64,000 bases of DNA. It comes from Candidatus Marinacidobacterales bacterium (lineage in GTDB: Bacteria > Acidobacteriota > Vicinamibacteria > Marinacidobacterales > SMYC01). Shown piece after piece: positions 9,911 through 18,636 of the stretch. How positions within the stretch are numbered: the first letter of the stretch is position 1; each line of letters starts with the position of its first letter. Made by a program: the position numbers and the translations under genes. The notes beneath the pieces were generated by a model. The model was not told where the DNA came from and ran no database searches. It saw only the letters and a program-made list of their open reading frames with translations. Location of the stretch: positions 1,536,001 through 1,600,000 of the forward strand of contig CBDCYI010000011.1 in the NCBI GenBank assembly GCA_965224085.1, in the 5' to 3' direction.

Positions 9911-10966
9911 CTAGTTTTCGAGCTCCGAGTCGATAATGCTCTGGAAGGCCTCGAAGGGCTGAGCACCCGACAAAAATCGGCCGTTGATGAAGAATGCCGG
10001 CGTTGCGTCCACACCAAGAGCACCACCCTGCTCATAGTCGGCCAGAACGGTCTCGCGAAACTCTCCAGAGTCGAAGCACTGGTTGAACGCCTGTTCGTCG
10101 AGCCCGAGTTCGGACGCAAATTGCTTCAGGTTGTCCTTTCCGAGTGCTCGTTGATTCTCGAAAATCTTGTCGTGGTACTCCCAGAACTGCCCTTGTGCGT
10201 GCGCGCAAAGAGCAGCTTCCGCGGCGGGCTGCGCCTGCGGATGATTGGGAAGGGGGAAATCACGATAGACGAGACGAACCTTGTCGCCGTACGTGCTTTC
10301 AATCTGCTTAAGGGCCGGACCGACCCGCGCGCAGTACGGTCATTGAAAGTCGGAATATTCGACGATCGTCACCTCCGCGTCCACCGAGCCCCTGATGCGT
10401 TCGTTCGATGCCACCGTGACGGGCACGCGAGGCGGCGACAACGTGACACGCACGCTCGCCTCATCGCGAAGCGTATCGATGTAGCTCTCTCGGACGATGC
10501 CCTCATTCCGATTCTCCATGAATTCACGAATCTGCGGGCCGACCTGCGCGAGCGTCTGACCCCGGAGGCGTGACTCGTTCTGCTCGTAAAAGGCCTCGAT
10601 GTCCTCGTCGGTCACCGGAGTCACCTGCGACGTGATTTCCTGCTCGACGAGCTCATCCACTGTGATACTGCGCGCTTCGGCTTCACGGGCCAAGAGCGCG
10701 TCCGCAAGGAGTTCTCCGAGCGCGGCACGACGGGCATCGTATAGGTCCTGGAAAATCTTGAGGTTCGTTGCCAGGACCTTTTGATCCAGCTCGAACATCG
10801 TGATCTCGCGATCGCCGATCTGAGCGACTATGCTGTCGACGCTCCCACCCGAGGCTTTAACGACTTCGGCGTGGGTCTGCGACTGCGACGCCGTGCCGCA
10901 GGCGACGGATAGAAGCAAAGCGCCGGCCAGGACCATTGTACTCAGACGGCAGAGTTTGACTCGCAT
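9911..10966 (-). CDS. DsbA/thioredoxin-fold lipoprotein, selenoprotein (UPYC active site), 351 aa
   Basis: EYSDFQ-TGA(10340-10342)-PYCARV continues in frame through RDFPL, AAEAA, GVDATPAFFING to TAG at 9911; lipobox-like LSVAC. Confidence 0.88.
10304..10334 (-). promoter_or_regulatory. Putative bacterial SECIS element
   Basis: After UGA: CUGC-GCGC-GGGUCG-GUC-CGGCCC-UUAA-GCAG; G-starting apical loop about 19 nt 3' of UGA. Confidence 0.65.
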
Positions 10967-11017
10967 AAACGGGACTCTCCTTTTGATCCACCCAGGTTAG
11001 CACAATGTAAACGTCGC

Positions 11018-11051
11018 CGCCCAGCCGCCCCCGCCCAGCCGCCCCCGCCCA
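11018..11051. repeat. 14-bp tandem repeat CGCCCAGCCGCCCC x2.4 in a divergent promoter region
   Basis: Direct reading; minus strand has five G3+ runs. Confidence 0.75.
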
Positions 11052-11079
11052 CAAACTTGCTACAATCACACTAAGCGTT

Positions 11080-11492
11080 ATGTCGAGTGCAAGAATTATC
11101 GTCGCGCTCATCCTCGCGGCGTTGCCGGTCGCGGCTAGCCCGGCTGTCTTCGGAGAAAAACCCAAGCTCGTGCTCAAAGCGCCGAGGCTCCAGATGCTCA
11201 AACCCGGGCTGGCAGCGCAAGGGTTCGGCAAACGCGTCGACGTCCGAGCTCGTCTCGAAGGTGATCCTGACGATCCCGAGACCTACTATTGTCTTGACGA
11301 GATTTGGGATTGGGGTGACGGCACGGAGTCCGTGAGCGAGCCCGATTGCGACCCCTTTGAAGAGGGCACGGACCTCAAAATGAACTTCATGGATACCCAT
11401 TATTTCGGCCCGGCCGGTGGGTCATCACTCTGGCGCTCATGGAGGACGACGATGTCGTCCTCGAGGGACGTCTCGAGATCCGCATCTTTTAG
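11080..11492 (+). CDS. Secreted PKD-like small protein, frameshifted near 11412
   Basis: Signal peptide, WDWGDGT; alternative frame continues RWVITLALMEDDDVVLEGRLEIRIF*. Confidence 0.55.
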
Positions 11493-11558
11493 CTCCAGGT
11501 GCTGCTGGTGACAAGCACGTCGGTACGGCGTTCGCTTCAGGCCTGGCCGAGCCGGTTT

Positions 11559-11586
11559 TAAACCTTTCCCGGAAAAGCCTCGTCAT
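11559..11586 (+). promoter_or_regulatory. Putative ECF-sigma autoregulatory promoter
   Basis: TAAACC-N16-CGTCAT, AAC/CGT ECF pattern, about 60 nt upstream of the sigma gene. Confidence 0.5.
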
Positions 11587-11643
11587 ATCCGAATCAAGAG
11601 CGTGGCGGATGGGCCGCCATGTGGATGGCCGTCGGGAGGCTAA

Positions 11644-12257
11644 TTGAGTAATCTGAGCTCGGTGGCCAGCTTCGACAAGAGCAAACCGGCCCCGTTGGCG
11701 CGGCTGGACGCCCAGGAGAGGCGCGCCGAAGACGAGCGCCTCGTGGCGCGACTGCGGGCGGGAGATGGCGAGGCCTCGAGGCGCTCTATCGGCGTCACAG
11801 CTCGGGTGTCTTTGGCCTGGCGCTCAGAATGCTTCAAAACCGCGCCGATGCCGAGGATCTGCTGCAGGAGATCTTTTTGCAGGCCTACGACAAAATCGAC
11901 AAGTTCGAAGGCCGCTCCGCCTTCGGCACTTGGCTCTATCGACTCGGCGTCAATCGCTGCCTCGACCATCTCCGGAGCCGTAGCGCCAAAGAACAGTCTC
12001 GAACGGAGCCCTTGGGCCCGACACTCCCCGGCCGAGCCGGAAGCGGCACCCGGAAGCTAGAGCTCGAACGCGCGATCGGGGAGCTTCCTCCCTCGAGCCG
12101 CGCCGCTTTCCTGCTCCACGACGTCGAGGGCTATGAACACAAAGAAGTGGGCGAGATCCTCGGAATCGCTGTGGGAACGTCGAAGTCCCTCGTCCATCGC
12201 GCGCGTATGAAACTACGGACACGTTTGTATCCAAGCGCCGCGGGAGAAACATCATGA
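11644..12257 (+). CDS. ECF RNA polymerase sigma factor, single-base frameshift near 11777
   Basis: DERLVARLRAGD / EALYRRH...AEDLLQEIF, FEGRSAFGTWLYRL, GTSKSLVHRAR. Confidence 0.85.
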
Positions 12258-13210
12258 CAGAAGATGCATTCACCGAGCAGCTGAGCGATTACATCGACAG
12301 AGAGCACGGGCTGGGAGAGCGGGAAGCTCTCGAAAGTCATCTCGAGCAGTGCACGGATTGTCGGACTGTGCTCGGGCAGCTACGTGCCGTACGCCGAGAC
12401 GCGAAGACGCTCACGCGCCATGCCCCCGCCGAGCAGGTGTGGGTCGCCATTGCAGAATCTATCCGTACCGGCGAGCGCACCCGGTCGCGAAGGTCTTATT
12501 TTCACACCGGGCTCGCCGCGGCCGCCGCCGTCGTTGTCGGCGTGAGCCTCTTGGTCGCGCTTCGTCCGTCGAACGAGATTCGGATGGCCGACTTAGCGAA
12601 CGACGATCCGGCTGCGCTCGCGAACTTGGTGACGGACGAGCTCCGAGCCGCGGAGATTCATTATGAAAACGCGATCAAGGGGCTCGAACAAATCATCGAG
12701 CACAACGAAGGCACGCTCCCGAACGAGCTGAACGGAACGATGAACGAGAGTCTCGACGTCATCGAGCAGGCCATCACGGAGAGCCGTGAAGCCATGGCGA
12801 CGGAGCCGGGGAGCTCGGCCGCCCAAGAAAGCCTTCTCGAAGCTTTCCGGCGTAAAGTCGATCTTCTTCAGAATACCATTCTGCTCATCAACGAAGTTCG
12901 CAAGGGCGAGGGTCAAAACGCCCTCGACTTGATAGACGAAATCTGTGGATCGGACGACCCATCGGATGAAACGAGTGCCAGACAAGAAAGACATGCCAGA
13001 CAAGAAAGACATGAAAAAGATACGATTCACAACCACGTTACTGATTGGCGCCGTTCTGACGGCAGGCATGAGCGTCGCGCAGGACCGCGAAGAGCGGATC
13101 TCGCAGACGTTCGATATCGGCCCCAATGGAGAGTTTTCTCTTTCCAACATCTCCGGAGACATCCGTGTTTCTGGAACTTCCGGGAATCAAGTGACGATCG
13201 AGGCGGTTAA
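12254..13210 (+). CDS. zf-HC2 (ZAS) transmembrane anti-sigma factor; real end probably near 12970
   Basis: HLEQCTDC motif, one TM segment, ATGA overlap with sigma; tail after ~12960 overlaps the next gene and includes an 18-bp duplication. Confidence 0.75.
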   Translation: MTEDAFTEQLSDYIDREHGLGEREALESHLEQCTDCRTVLGQLRAVRRDAKTLTRHAPAEQVWVAIAESIRTGERTRSRRSYFHTGLAAAAAVVVGVSLLVALRPSNEIRMADLANDDPAALANLVTDELRAAEIHYENAIKGLEQIIEHNEGTLPNELNGTMNESLDVIEQAITESREAMATEPGSSAAQESLLEAFRRKVDLLQNTILLINEVRKGEGQNALDLIDEICGSDDPSDETSARQERHARQERHEKDTIHNHVTDWRRSDGRHERRAGPRRADLADVRYRPQWRVFSFQHLRRHPCFWNFRESSDDRGG

Positions 13211-13682
13211 ACGTCTTCATGGGCGCGGCGATCGTGATCTTCTCAACAGCGTCGAGGTAGACATTTCCCACCAAGGCGATCGCATACGTGTCGAGACGCG
13301 TTACCCGCGCAATGAACGGCGCGGTGACGACGACCACCGGCATGGCCATGGCGGTGTCTCCGTCGACTATCGCGTCACCTTGCCCGTTGGGACAGAAGTC
13401 GAGATAGGCTCAGTCTCGGGCGATGTGATGCTCGAGGGAGTCGATGGCGAGACGAGCGTGACCTCCGTGAGCGGTGAGGTCGAAGTGAGCGACGTCGCGA
13501 ACCTCGTGCAAGCGAAGTCGGTCTCCGGAGAAGTGGACGTTCGTAACGCTCGTTCCGACGACGATGTCGATATCGCGAGCGTCAGCGGAGACGTCACGAT
13601 CAACTCTATCGAGGCCGAAGAGCTCTCGATCTCGAGTGTCAGCGGTGACGTCCGCATCCACCTGGGCCACGTCCGAACGTGA
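13011..13682 (+). CDS. DUF4097 / adhesin-like beta-repeat protein, C-terminally truncated
   Basis: Signal peptide, repeated SVSGDV motifs; breaks at ~13660 into antisense phosphatase sequence. Confidence 0.75.
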   Translation: MKKIRFTTTLLIGAVLTAGMSVAQDREERISQTFDIGPNGEFSLSNISGDIRVSGTSGNQVTIEAVKRLHGRGDRDLLNSVEVDISHQGDRIRVETRYPRNERRGDDDHRHGHGGVSVDYRVTLPVGTEVEIGSVSGDVMLEGVDGETSVTSVSGEVEVSDVANLVQAKSVSGEVDVRNARSDDDVDIASVSGDVTINSIEAEELSISSVSGDVRIHLGHVRT

Positions 13683-15153
13683 GCACGGGCTCCATCGTGT
13701 GTCCTCCGGTCGCCCAAACGACGAATGTGTGCGGAGAAAGGCGACGGCCAAGAAGACAGGCCGGGTTGCTGTCTTGGTCACCATAGAAGTGACGGAAATC
13801 CTCGAATGTGTGCGGAGAAAGGCGACGGCCAAGAAGACAGGCCGGGTTGCTGTCTTGGTCACCATAGAAGTGACGGAAATCCTCGATCCAAGCGTTTCCG
13901 TCGGCGTCGCGGACGAGAGCTTCTTTCGCTTCCTGGATCGTCATCTCGAATCCGGTGTGGGTTCGTACCGCCTCGACGAGGCTCTCGGGAGAGCCCTTCG
14001 CCTTGTCGAGAATGTAGTTGTAGGATGCGGATTGACGGCCGAGCGCCACCAGTTGCTCCCAAGCGGGATATCGATGGTGGGGCGCATAGCCGAGACCGCT
14101 CGGAAGCTCCCATCCCGAAGGGCGGCCGCCGAAGTCGCCATAGCTGAACGAGAACCCACCGGTGCCGTGATCCGCCGTCACCATGACGAGCGTGTCCGGA
14201 TGCCGCGCCTGGAAATCGAGCACGGCCCCGAGCGCTTCATCGAAGTCGATAATCTCGTGGAGCATCGTCCCGGCGTCGTTGTCGTGCCCGCCATAGTCGA
14301 TGCGACCTCCTTCCACCATCAGAAAAAAGCCACCCTCCGCGCGTGAAAGCACGTCGAGCGCGGCCGACGCCATTTCCTTCAAGCTCGGCACCGACTCGAG
14401 CCCCATCGCTCGCGTATCCACCACGTAGGGCAGATGCGACGCGGCAAAAAGGCCGAGCAGCTTATCCGCTTTTGGCGACGCTTCCGCGAGCCCCATGCGA
14501 TCCGAGACGACGACATAACCCTTCGTCTTCGCTTCGGCGATGCGGTTCACGTCGTCCTGTCGATTCGAGCCACCGTCTACTTCTTCGACGATACCCGGCA
14601 GAAAATCCGAAACGGGCCGACCCGAGGGCACGAGCGCCCGAGCACCTCCTCCCAATAACACGTCGACGTCGTACCCGGTCAGCACGTCGTCCAGAATCGC
14701 GGGTTCGGGGTTGTAGCGCGACACTTGGTGTGCCGCGAAGGCCGCGGGGGTCGCGTGGGAGAGACGCATGTTAGAGACGAGCCCCGTCGCAAGACTACGT
14801 TTCTTGGACGCCTCCAGAATCGTCTCGACGACGTAGCCATCGGAGCTCAAGCTTAACGTCTCGTTTCGGGCCTTCCGCCCCGTGGCCAGCTGCGAAGCCG
14901 CGGCGGCTGAATCGGTGACCGTGCTGCGATAAGGGGTTGGCATCGAATAGCCGGTGTTGCCGTCATTCATCACAACCTCGAGGTACAGTTTTCGGCCCTC
15001 CACCATGTTGGCGTATTGGAGGCCGAACGCGGTTTGAGCCGCACCGAGTCCGTCGCCGATGAGCAGGACCACGTTCTTTGCGCGAGGGGCCTCTCGCGCG
15101 CCCATCGGGACACTCGAGAGCAATATCGTCAGAACGAGCAAGAGCGAGCGCAT
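13639..15153 (-). CDS. Alkaline phosphatase, C-terminus truncated, internal 27-aa duplication
   Basis: KNVVLLIGDGLG, VTDSAAAASQLATG, HATPAAF, FFLMVEGGRIDYGGH, VTADHGTGG, GGHT. Confidence 0.88.
   Translation of the reverse strand: MRSLLLVLTILLSSVPMGAREAPRAKNVVLLIGDGLGAAQTAFGLQYANMVEGRKLYLEVVMNDGNTGYSMPTPYRSTVTDSAAAASQLATGRKARNETLSLSSDGYVVETILEASKKRSLATGLVSNMRLSHATPAAFAAHQVSRYNPEPAILDDVLTGYDVDVLLGGGARALVPSGRPVSDFLPGIVEEVDGGSNRQDDVNRIAEAKTKGYVVVSDRMGLAEASPKADKLLGLFAASHLPYVVDTRAMGLESVPSLKEMASAALDVLSRAEGGFFLMVEGGRIDYGGHDNDAGTMLHEIIDFDEALGAVLDFQARHPDTLVMVTADHGTGGFSFSYGDFGGRPSGWELPSGLGYAPHHRYPAWEQLVALGRQSASYNYILDKAKGSPESLVEAVRTHTGFEMTIQEAKEALVRDADGNAWIEDFRHFYGDQDSNPACLLGRRLSPHTFEDFRHFYGDQDSNPACLLGRRLSPHTFVVWATGGHTMEPVLTFGRGPGGCGRHR
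13722..13883. repeat. Perfect 81-bp tandem duplication
   Basis: 13722-13802 identical to 13803-13883. Confidence 0.9.
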
Positions 15154-15233
15154 GATCGGTAAAAGCTCCTTCCCAAAAAGGGCCAGGTGACATCCATGGC
15201 GCGAGACATTCTATACAAGGCGCTGTTGAGCCA

Positions 15234-15914
15234 ATGCGACGTTTCGATATTTTCGAGCCCCTTCCCGGAATCTGGTGCGTCCAGCATCGCCCGAGCAAGA
15301 GCACCGCCTACATTATCAAAACGTTCCCTGGCGCCGTTCTCATCGATACCGGGCCCGACGCATCCGCCGCCTCAGTGATGATGGAGCTTCAGGGCGCCCG
15401 CGTCGGGCTATCCTCCGTCCGGCTCTTAGCACTCACCCACTGGCATTTCGACCAATCCGCAGGGGCGGCCGCGCTAAACAAGCGCTCGGGAACACGCGTG
15501 CGCTACGCGGAGGCGGAGGCTCTTTTTCTGACCGGTCAGCGCGAGGCGAGGTTCTGGGCACGCCAAAGGCACCCGAAGGTCTCGCCGATCACAGCCGACG
15601 GCTTCGTTATAGACGGTGAGACGCTCGAAGGCGGCCTCGAAGCCATCGCCACTCCCGGACATACCGACGGACACGTTGCCTACTACTTGGAGACACGAGG
15701 CATTCTCTTCGCGGGCGACGCCTTCACCGTGACGCACAAGGGCGAAGTAGAGGTCGACGACGAAGCGCGCGCGTCCGCGGCCCGCTGCCTCGAGCGACCT
15801 ATCGAAGTTCTCTTGCCCCCCTATGGCCGCCCCGTCACTAACCGTCGTGCCATCAACGCTCTGCGAGAACGACTGAGAAAGTTAAGTTCGGGCCCTACGC
15901 ATCGAACGCGTTGA
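15234..15914 (+). CDS. MBL-fold metallo-hydrolase
   Basis: LIDTG, THWHFDQ (variant HxHxDH), TPGHTDGH, LFAGDA. Confidence 0.8.
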   Translation: MRRFDIFEPLPGIWCVQHRPSKSTAYIIKTFPGAVLIDTGPDASAASVMMELQGARVGLSSVRLLALTHWHFDQSAGAAALNKRSGTRVRYAEAEALFLTGQREARFWARQRHPKVSPITADGFVIDGETLEGGLEAIATPGHTDGHVAYYLETRGILFAGDAFTVTHKGEVEVDDEARASAARCLERPIEVLLPPYGRPVTNRRAINALRERLRKLSSGPTHRTR

Positions 15915-16932
15915 TTCTGTCGATGAACTGTCGCAGGCGGCCGAAATCGTGCCGGTTGAAATCGAGCTCGAGGCGTGCGAGCCCGTGGAGATGAGTCCCG
16001 AGCTCTTGGCGAAGAGGCTGACTTCGCGTGATCTCGCCTGAACGGAGCACATCCTGAAAGCCGTCATTCAGGGTCGTGATCTCGTCGTCCGTGAGGTCGC
16101 GCTCGAGCCGAAACACGAGCTTGTCGCCGACATAGCGGGACGAGTGGTAGACGCGATAAAAGAGCATGACCTCGTCGACCGCTTCCTTTGGGTTTTTCAC
16201 GATACGAAAAAGAGACAGGTCTTGCTGAGAGATGAGACCGTGACCCAGCATACGCTGCTCGATGAACCGGCCCAGGTCTCTGAAATAGCCGGTCTCCGGG
16301 CTTTCGACCATCACGACCGGCAAAGGCGTCTGCTTGCCGGTCTGGAGCAGAGTCAGGACCTCGAAGCACTCGTCGAGGGTCCCGAACCCACCCGGAAACA
16401 GGACGACGGCACGGGATTCTTTTAACAAAAAGAGCTTCCGGGTGAAGAAGTAGCGGAAGCTCATGAGCTTCTTTTGGTCGCCGCGAATGGTCTCGTTCGC
16501 AGACTGTTCGAACGGGAGCTTGATATTGACACCGATGCTCAAACTTCGCCCGGCGCCTTCGTGAGCGGCGCCCATGATGCCGCTTCCCGCGCCGGTGACG
16601 ACCATCCAGCCCGCCTCGGCCATGAGTCTGCCGAACTCGACCGCCCGCTCGTGATCGCCGTGCTCCGGCAGTGTGCGCGCCGACCCGAATACCGTCACTT
16701 TGCGGGCCCGGCGAAACGGCGTGAACATTTTGAAGGCCCGGCGCATCTCCTTGAGCGCCGCGTTCGCAATCTTCAGGTCAACGTACTTCGCGCAGTCGAT
16801 GCCGAGCCGAAGAGCGGTCGTTGCCATTTCATAAACGGAACGCCGTTCCGCATCCGTGCAGCATTGGTTGACGAGTGCCCTGAGCTTGCCGTCGAGCTCA
16901 GGGTCCCCCGTGGAGTATCGTGATTCGCGCAT
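15895..16932 (-). CDS. LOG family (TIGR00730-like) nucleotide phosphoribohydrolase
   Basis: KVTVFGSART, TGAGSGIMGAA, FRYFFTRK, PGGFGTLDE. Confidence 0.85.
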   Translation of the reverse strand: MRESRYSTGDPELDGKLRALVNQCCTDAERRSVYEMATTALRLGIDCAKYVDLKIANAALKEMRRAFKMFTPFRRARKVTVFGSARTLPEHGDHERAVEFGRLMAEAGWMVVTGAGSGIMGAAHEGAGRSLSIGVNIKLPFEQSANETIRGDQKKLMSFRYFFTRKLFLLKESRAVVLFPGGFGTLDECFEVLTLLQTGKQTPLPVVMVESPETGYFRDLGRFIEQRMLGHGLISQQDLSLFRIVKNPKEAVDEVMLFYRVYHSSRYVGDKLVFRLERDLTDDEITTLNDGFQDVLRSGEITRSQPLRQELGTHLHGLARLELDFNRHDFGRLRQFIDRINAFDA

Positions 16933-17038
16933 TGGTCCGCTTTCTACTTTCGACGATCTGCTGGAACGTTCTATACCTAACTTAGCAAATCGCGGTGGTC
17001 TCGGTCCTGTATCATGTCCATAGGGAAAGATCGTCAAC

Positions 17039-17866
17039 GTGGCAGAGAAGTGGGCGAGGAGTAAAAAGGACGTCGGCATAAGTGGTTCTTCCGTTCGTGC
17101 CTCGCTCCGCGGCGCGTATCTGACCATTGCGGGCACTCTCGCGAGAGAGCCCAAAGGAGACTTTCTCCACTGCCTCTATCTGCACGGCGTTTACGACGAT
17201 CAAGTCGAGAACTTCAGGTCCGTGCTCGACGCGCTACTCGATATCGGCCGCTTCATCGGGACTAGCGAAGTCTTCGACATCCTCGAAGATCGCGCCAAGC
17301 TGAACGGTCGCCTATTCCACTTGTCTTTCGACGATGGATTCGACAACAACTATCGCAACGCTTTCCCGTCATTGTCGGAACGCGGCATTCATGCCGCGTT
17401 CTTCGTTCCCTCGACTCTCGTCGGCGCATCCAACGCTTTCGTCTTGGAACATTGGTGGGCGCCCGAGCAATCGCCGACCCGCTTCATGACGTGGAGTCAA
17501 GTTCGGGAGCTCTCGGATTGCGGTCACGAGATCGGAAGCCACACGCGCACGCATAAAAGACTGCGCTCCGAAGAACAACGTCCAGACCAGCTCCGCGATC
17601 AGATACGCGGATCGAAGCAGGAAATCGAAGACCAACTCGGCTCCGCGTGTCGATACATCGCATGGCCGTTCGGAACCGCGCGGGATATCGACGACGCGGC
17701 GCATAGAGAGATCATAGCGGCGGGCTATGACGGCAGCTTCAGCGCCGTTCGCGGATCGGCGTCACCGGAAACGTCCCGCTACTCGGTCCCGAGGCACCAT
17801 TTTGAGGCCGATTGGAGCTGGCCGCACGTGCGTTATTTCGCGCTCGGAAATGGCGCCACAAGCTGA
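17039..17866 (+). CDS. Polysaccharide deacetylase family protein
   Basis: LSFDDG, EIGSHTRTH, AWPFG. Confidence 0.85.
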   Translation: MAEKWARSKKDVGISGSSVRASLRGAYLTIAGTLAREPKGDFLHCLYLHGVYDDQVENFRSVLDALLDIGRFIGTSEVFDILEDRAKLNGRLFHLSFDDGFDNNYRNAFPSLSERGIHAAFFVPSTLVGASNAFVLEHWWAPEQSPTRFMTWSQVRELSDCGHEIGSHTRTHKRLRSEEQRPDQLRDQIRGSKQEIEDQLGSACRYIAWPFGTARDIDDAAHREIIAAGYDGSFSAVRGSASPETSRYSVPRHHFEADWSWPHVRYFALGNGATS

Positions 17867-18633
17867 TGCGCATCGTCATCATCACCGCATTGCGCCACGG
17901 CACGGCCAGTCGTTGCCTTCCTTCGCTCGCAGCGCATCGCGAGATCGATGTCGCGCTGGTTATTCGTACCGAGCGGCAATACCGCACGCGGGGACGAAAG
18001 CTGCGGCGCGACGTCAAGAAGATCCTGCGCATCGGCCCCATCGGCGCTCTCATGGGACGCCACTTGCGTTCGTGGTACGAGGGTCCGAAAACGGAGGATC
18101 TCGAGGCTTTGGCGCGCCGTGAAGGCGTGCGTTACGAGCAAACGCCACTTGCGAACGGAGATGAAACGGTCGAGCTCATGCGATCGGCCGACGCCGATCT
18201 CGGGCTATCCCTCGGAAACGGGTATTTGTTCCCAAAGGTCTTTCGCGTCCCGAAGCTCGGCACGGTCAACGTCCACGGGGAGGTTCTACCGGAATTTCGC
18301 GGAGGCTCGAGCGTCATCTGGCCGATCTACGAAGGCGTCCGGGAAACAGGGCTTACCGTCCATCGCATGGACGAGAGGATCGACACAGGCGAGATTCTCC
18401 ATCGGGAGCGCTTCCCCATCGCTTTCAAGGACAGTCTGCGCGAAACGGTGGAGCACAACGCGGCCGAGATCTCGCGACGTATTCCGGGAGCGCTCGTCCA
18501 CGTGATCACGCACTTCGACGAGCTCGTCGCGAAACAAGTACCCCAAGGCATCGGACGCAACTATACTACCCCCACATTCCGCCAATATCGCCGCATGGTA
18601 CGCCAACACGACCGACTTTCCTCTGGCCTCTAA
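17866..18633 (+). CDS. Formyltransferase family protein
   Basis: VNVHGEVLPEFRG, GLTVHRMDERIDTG; TGATG overlap with the deacetylase. Confidence 0.82.
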   Translation: MRIVIITALRHGTASRCLPSLAAHREIDVALVIRTERQYRTRGRKLRRDVKKILRIGPIGALMGRHLRSWYEGPKTEDLEALARREGVRYEQTPLANGDETVELMRSADADLGLSLGNGYLFPKVFRVPKLGTVNVHGEVLPEFRGGSSVIWPIYEGVRETGLTVHRMDERIDTGEILHRERFPIAFKDSLRETVEHNAAEISRRIPGALVHVITHFDELVAKQVPQGIGRNYTTPTFRQYRRMVRQHDRLSSGL

Positions 18634-18636
18634 CTA

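Noticed and set aside
13722-13883. CRISPR array
   Set aside because: Two abutting copies, no spacers, inside a CDS, no cas genes in the window
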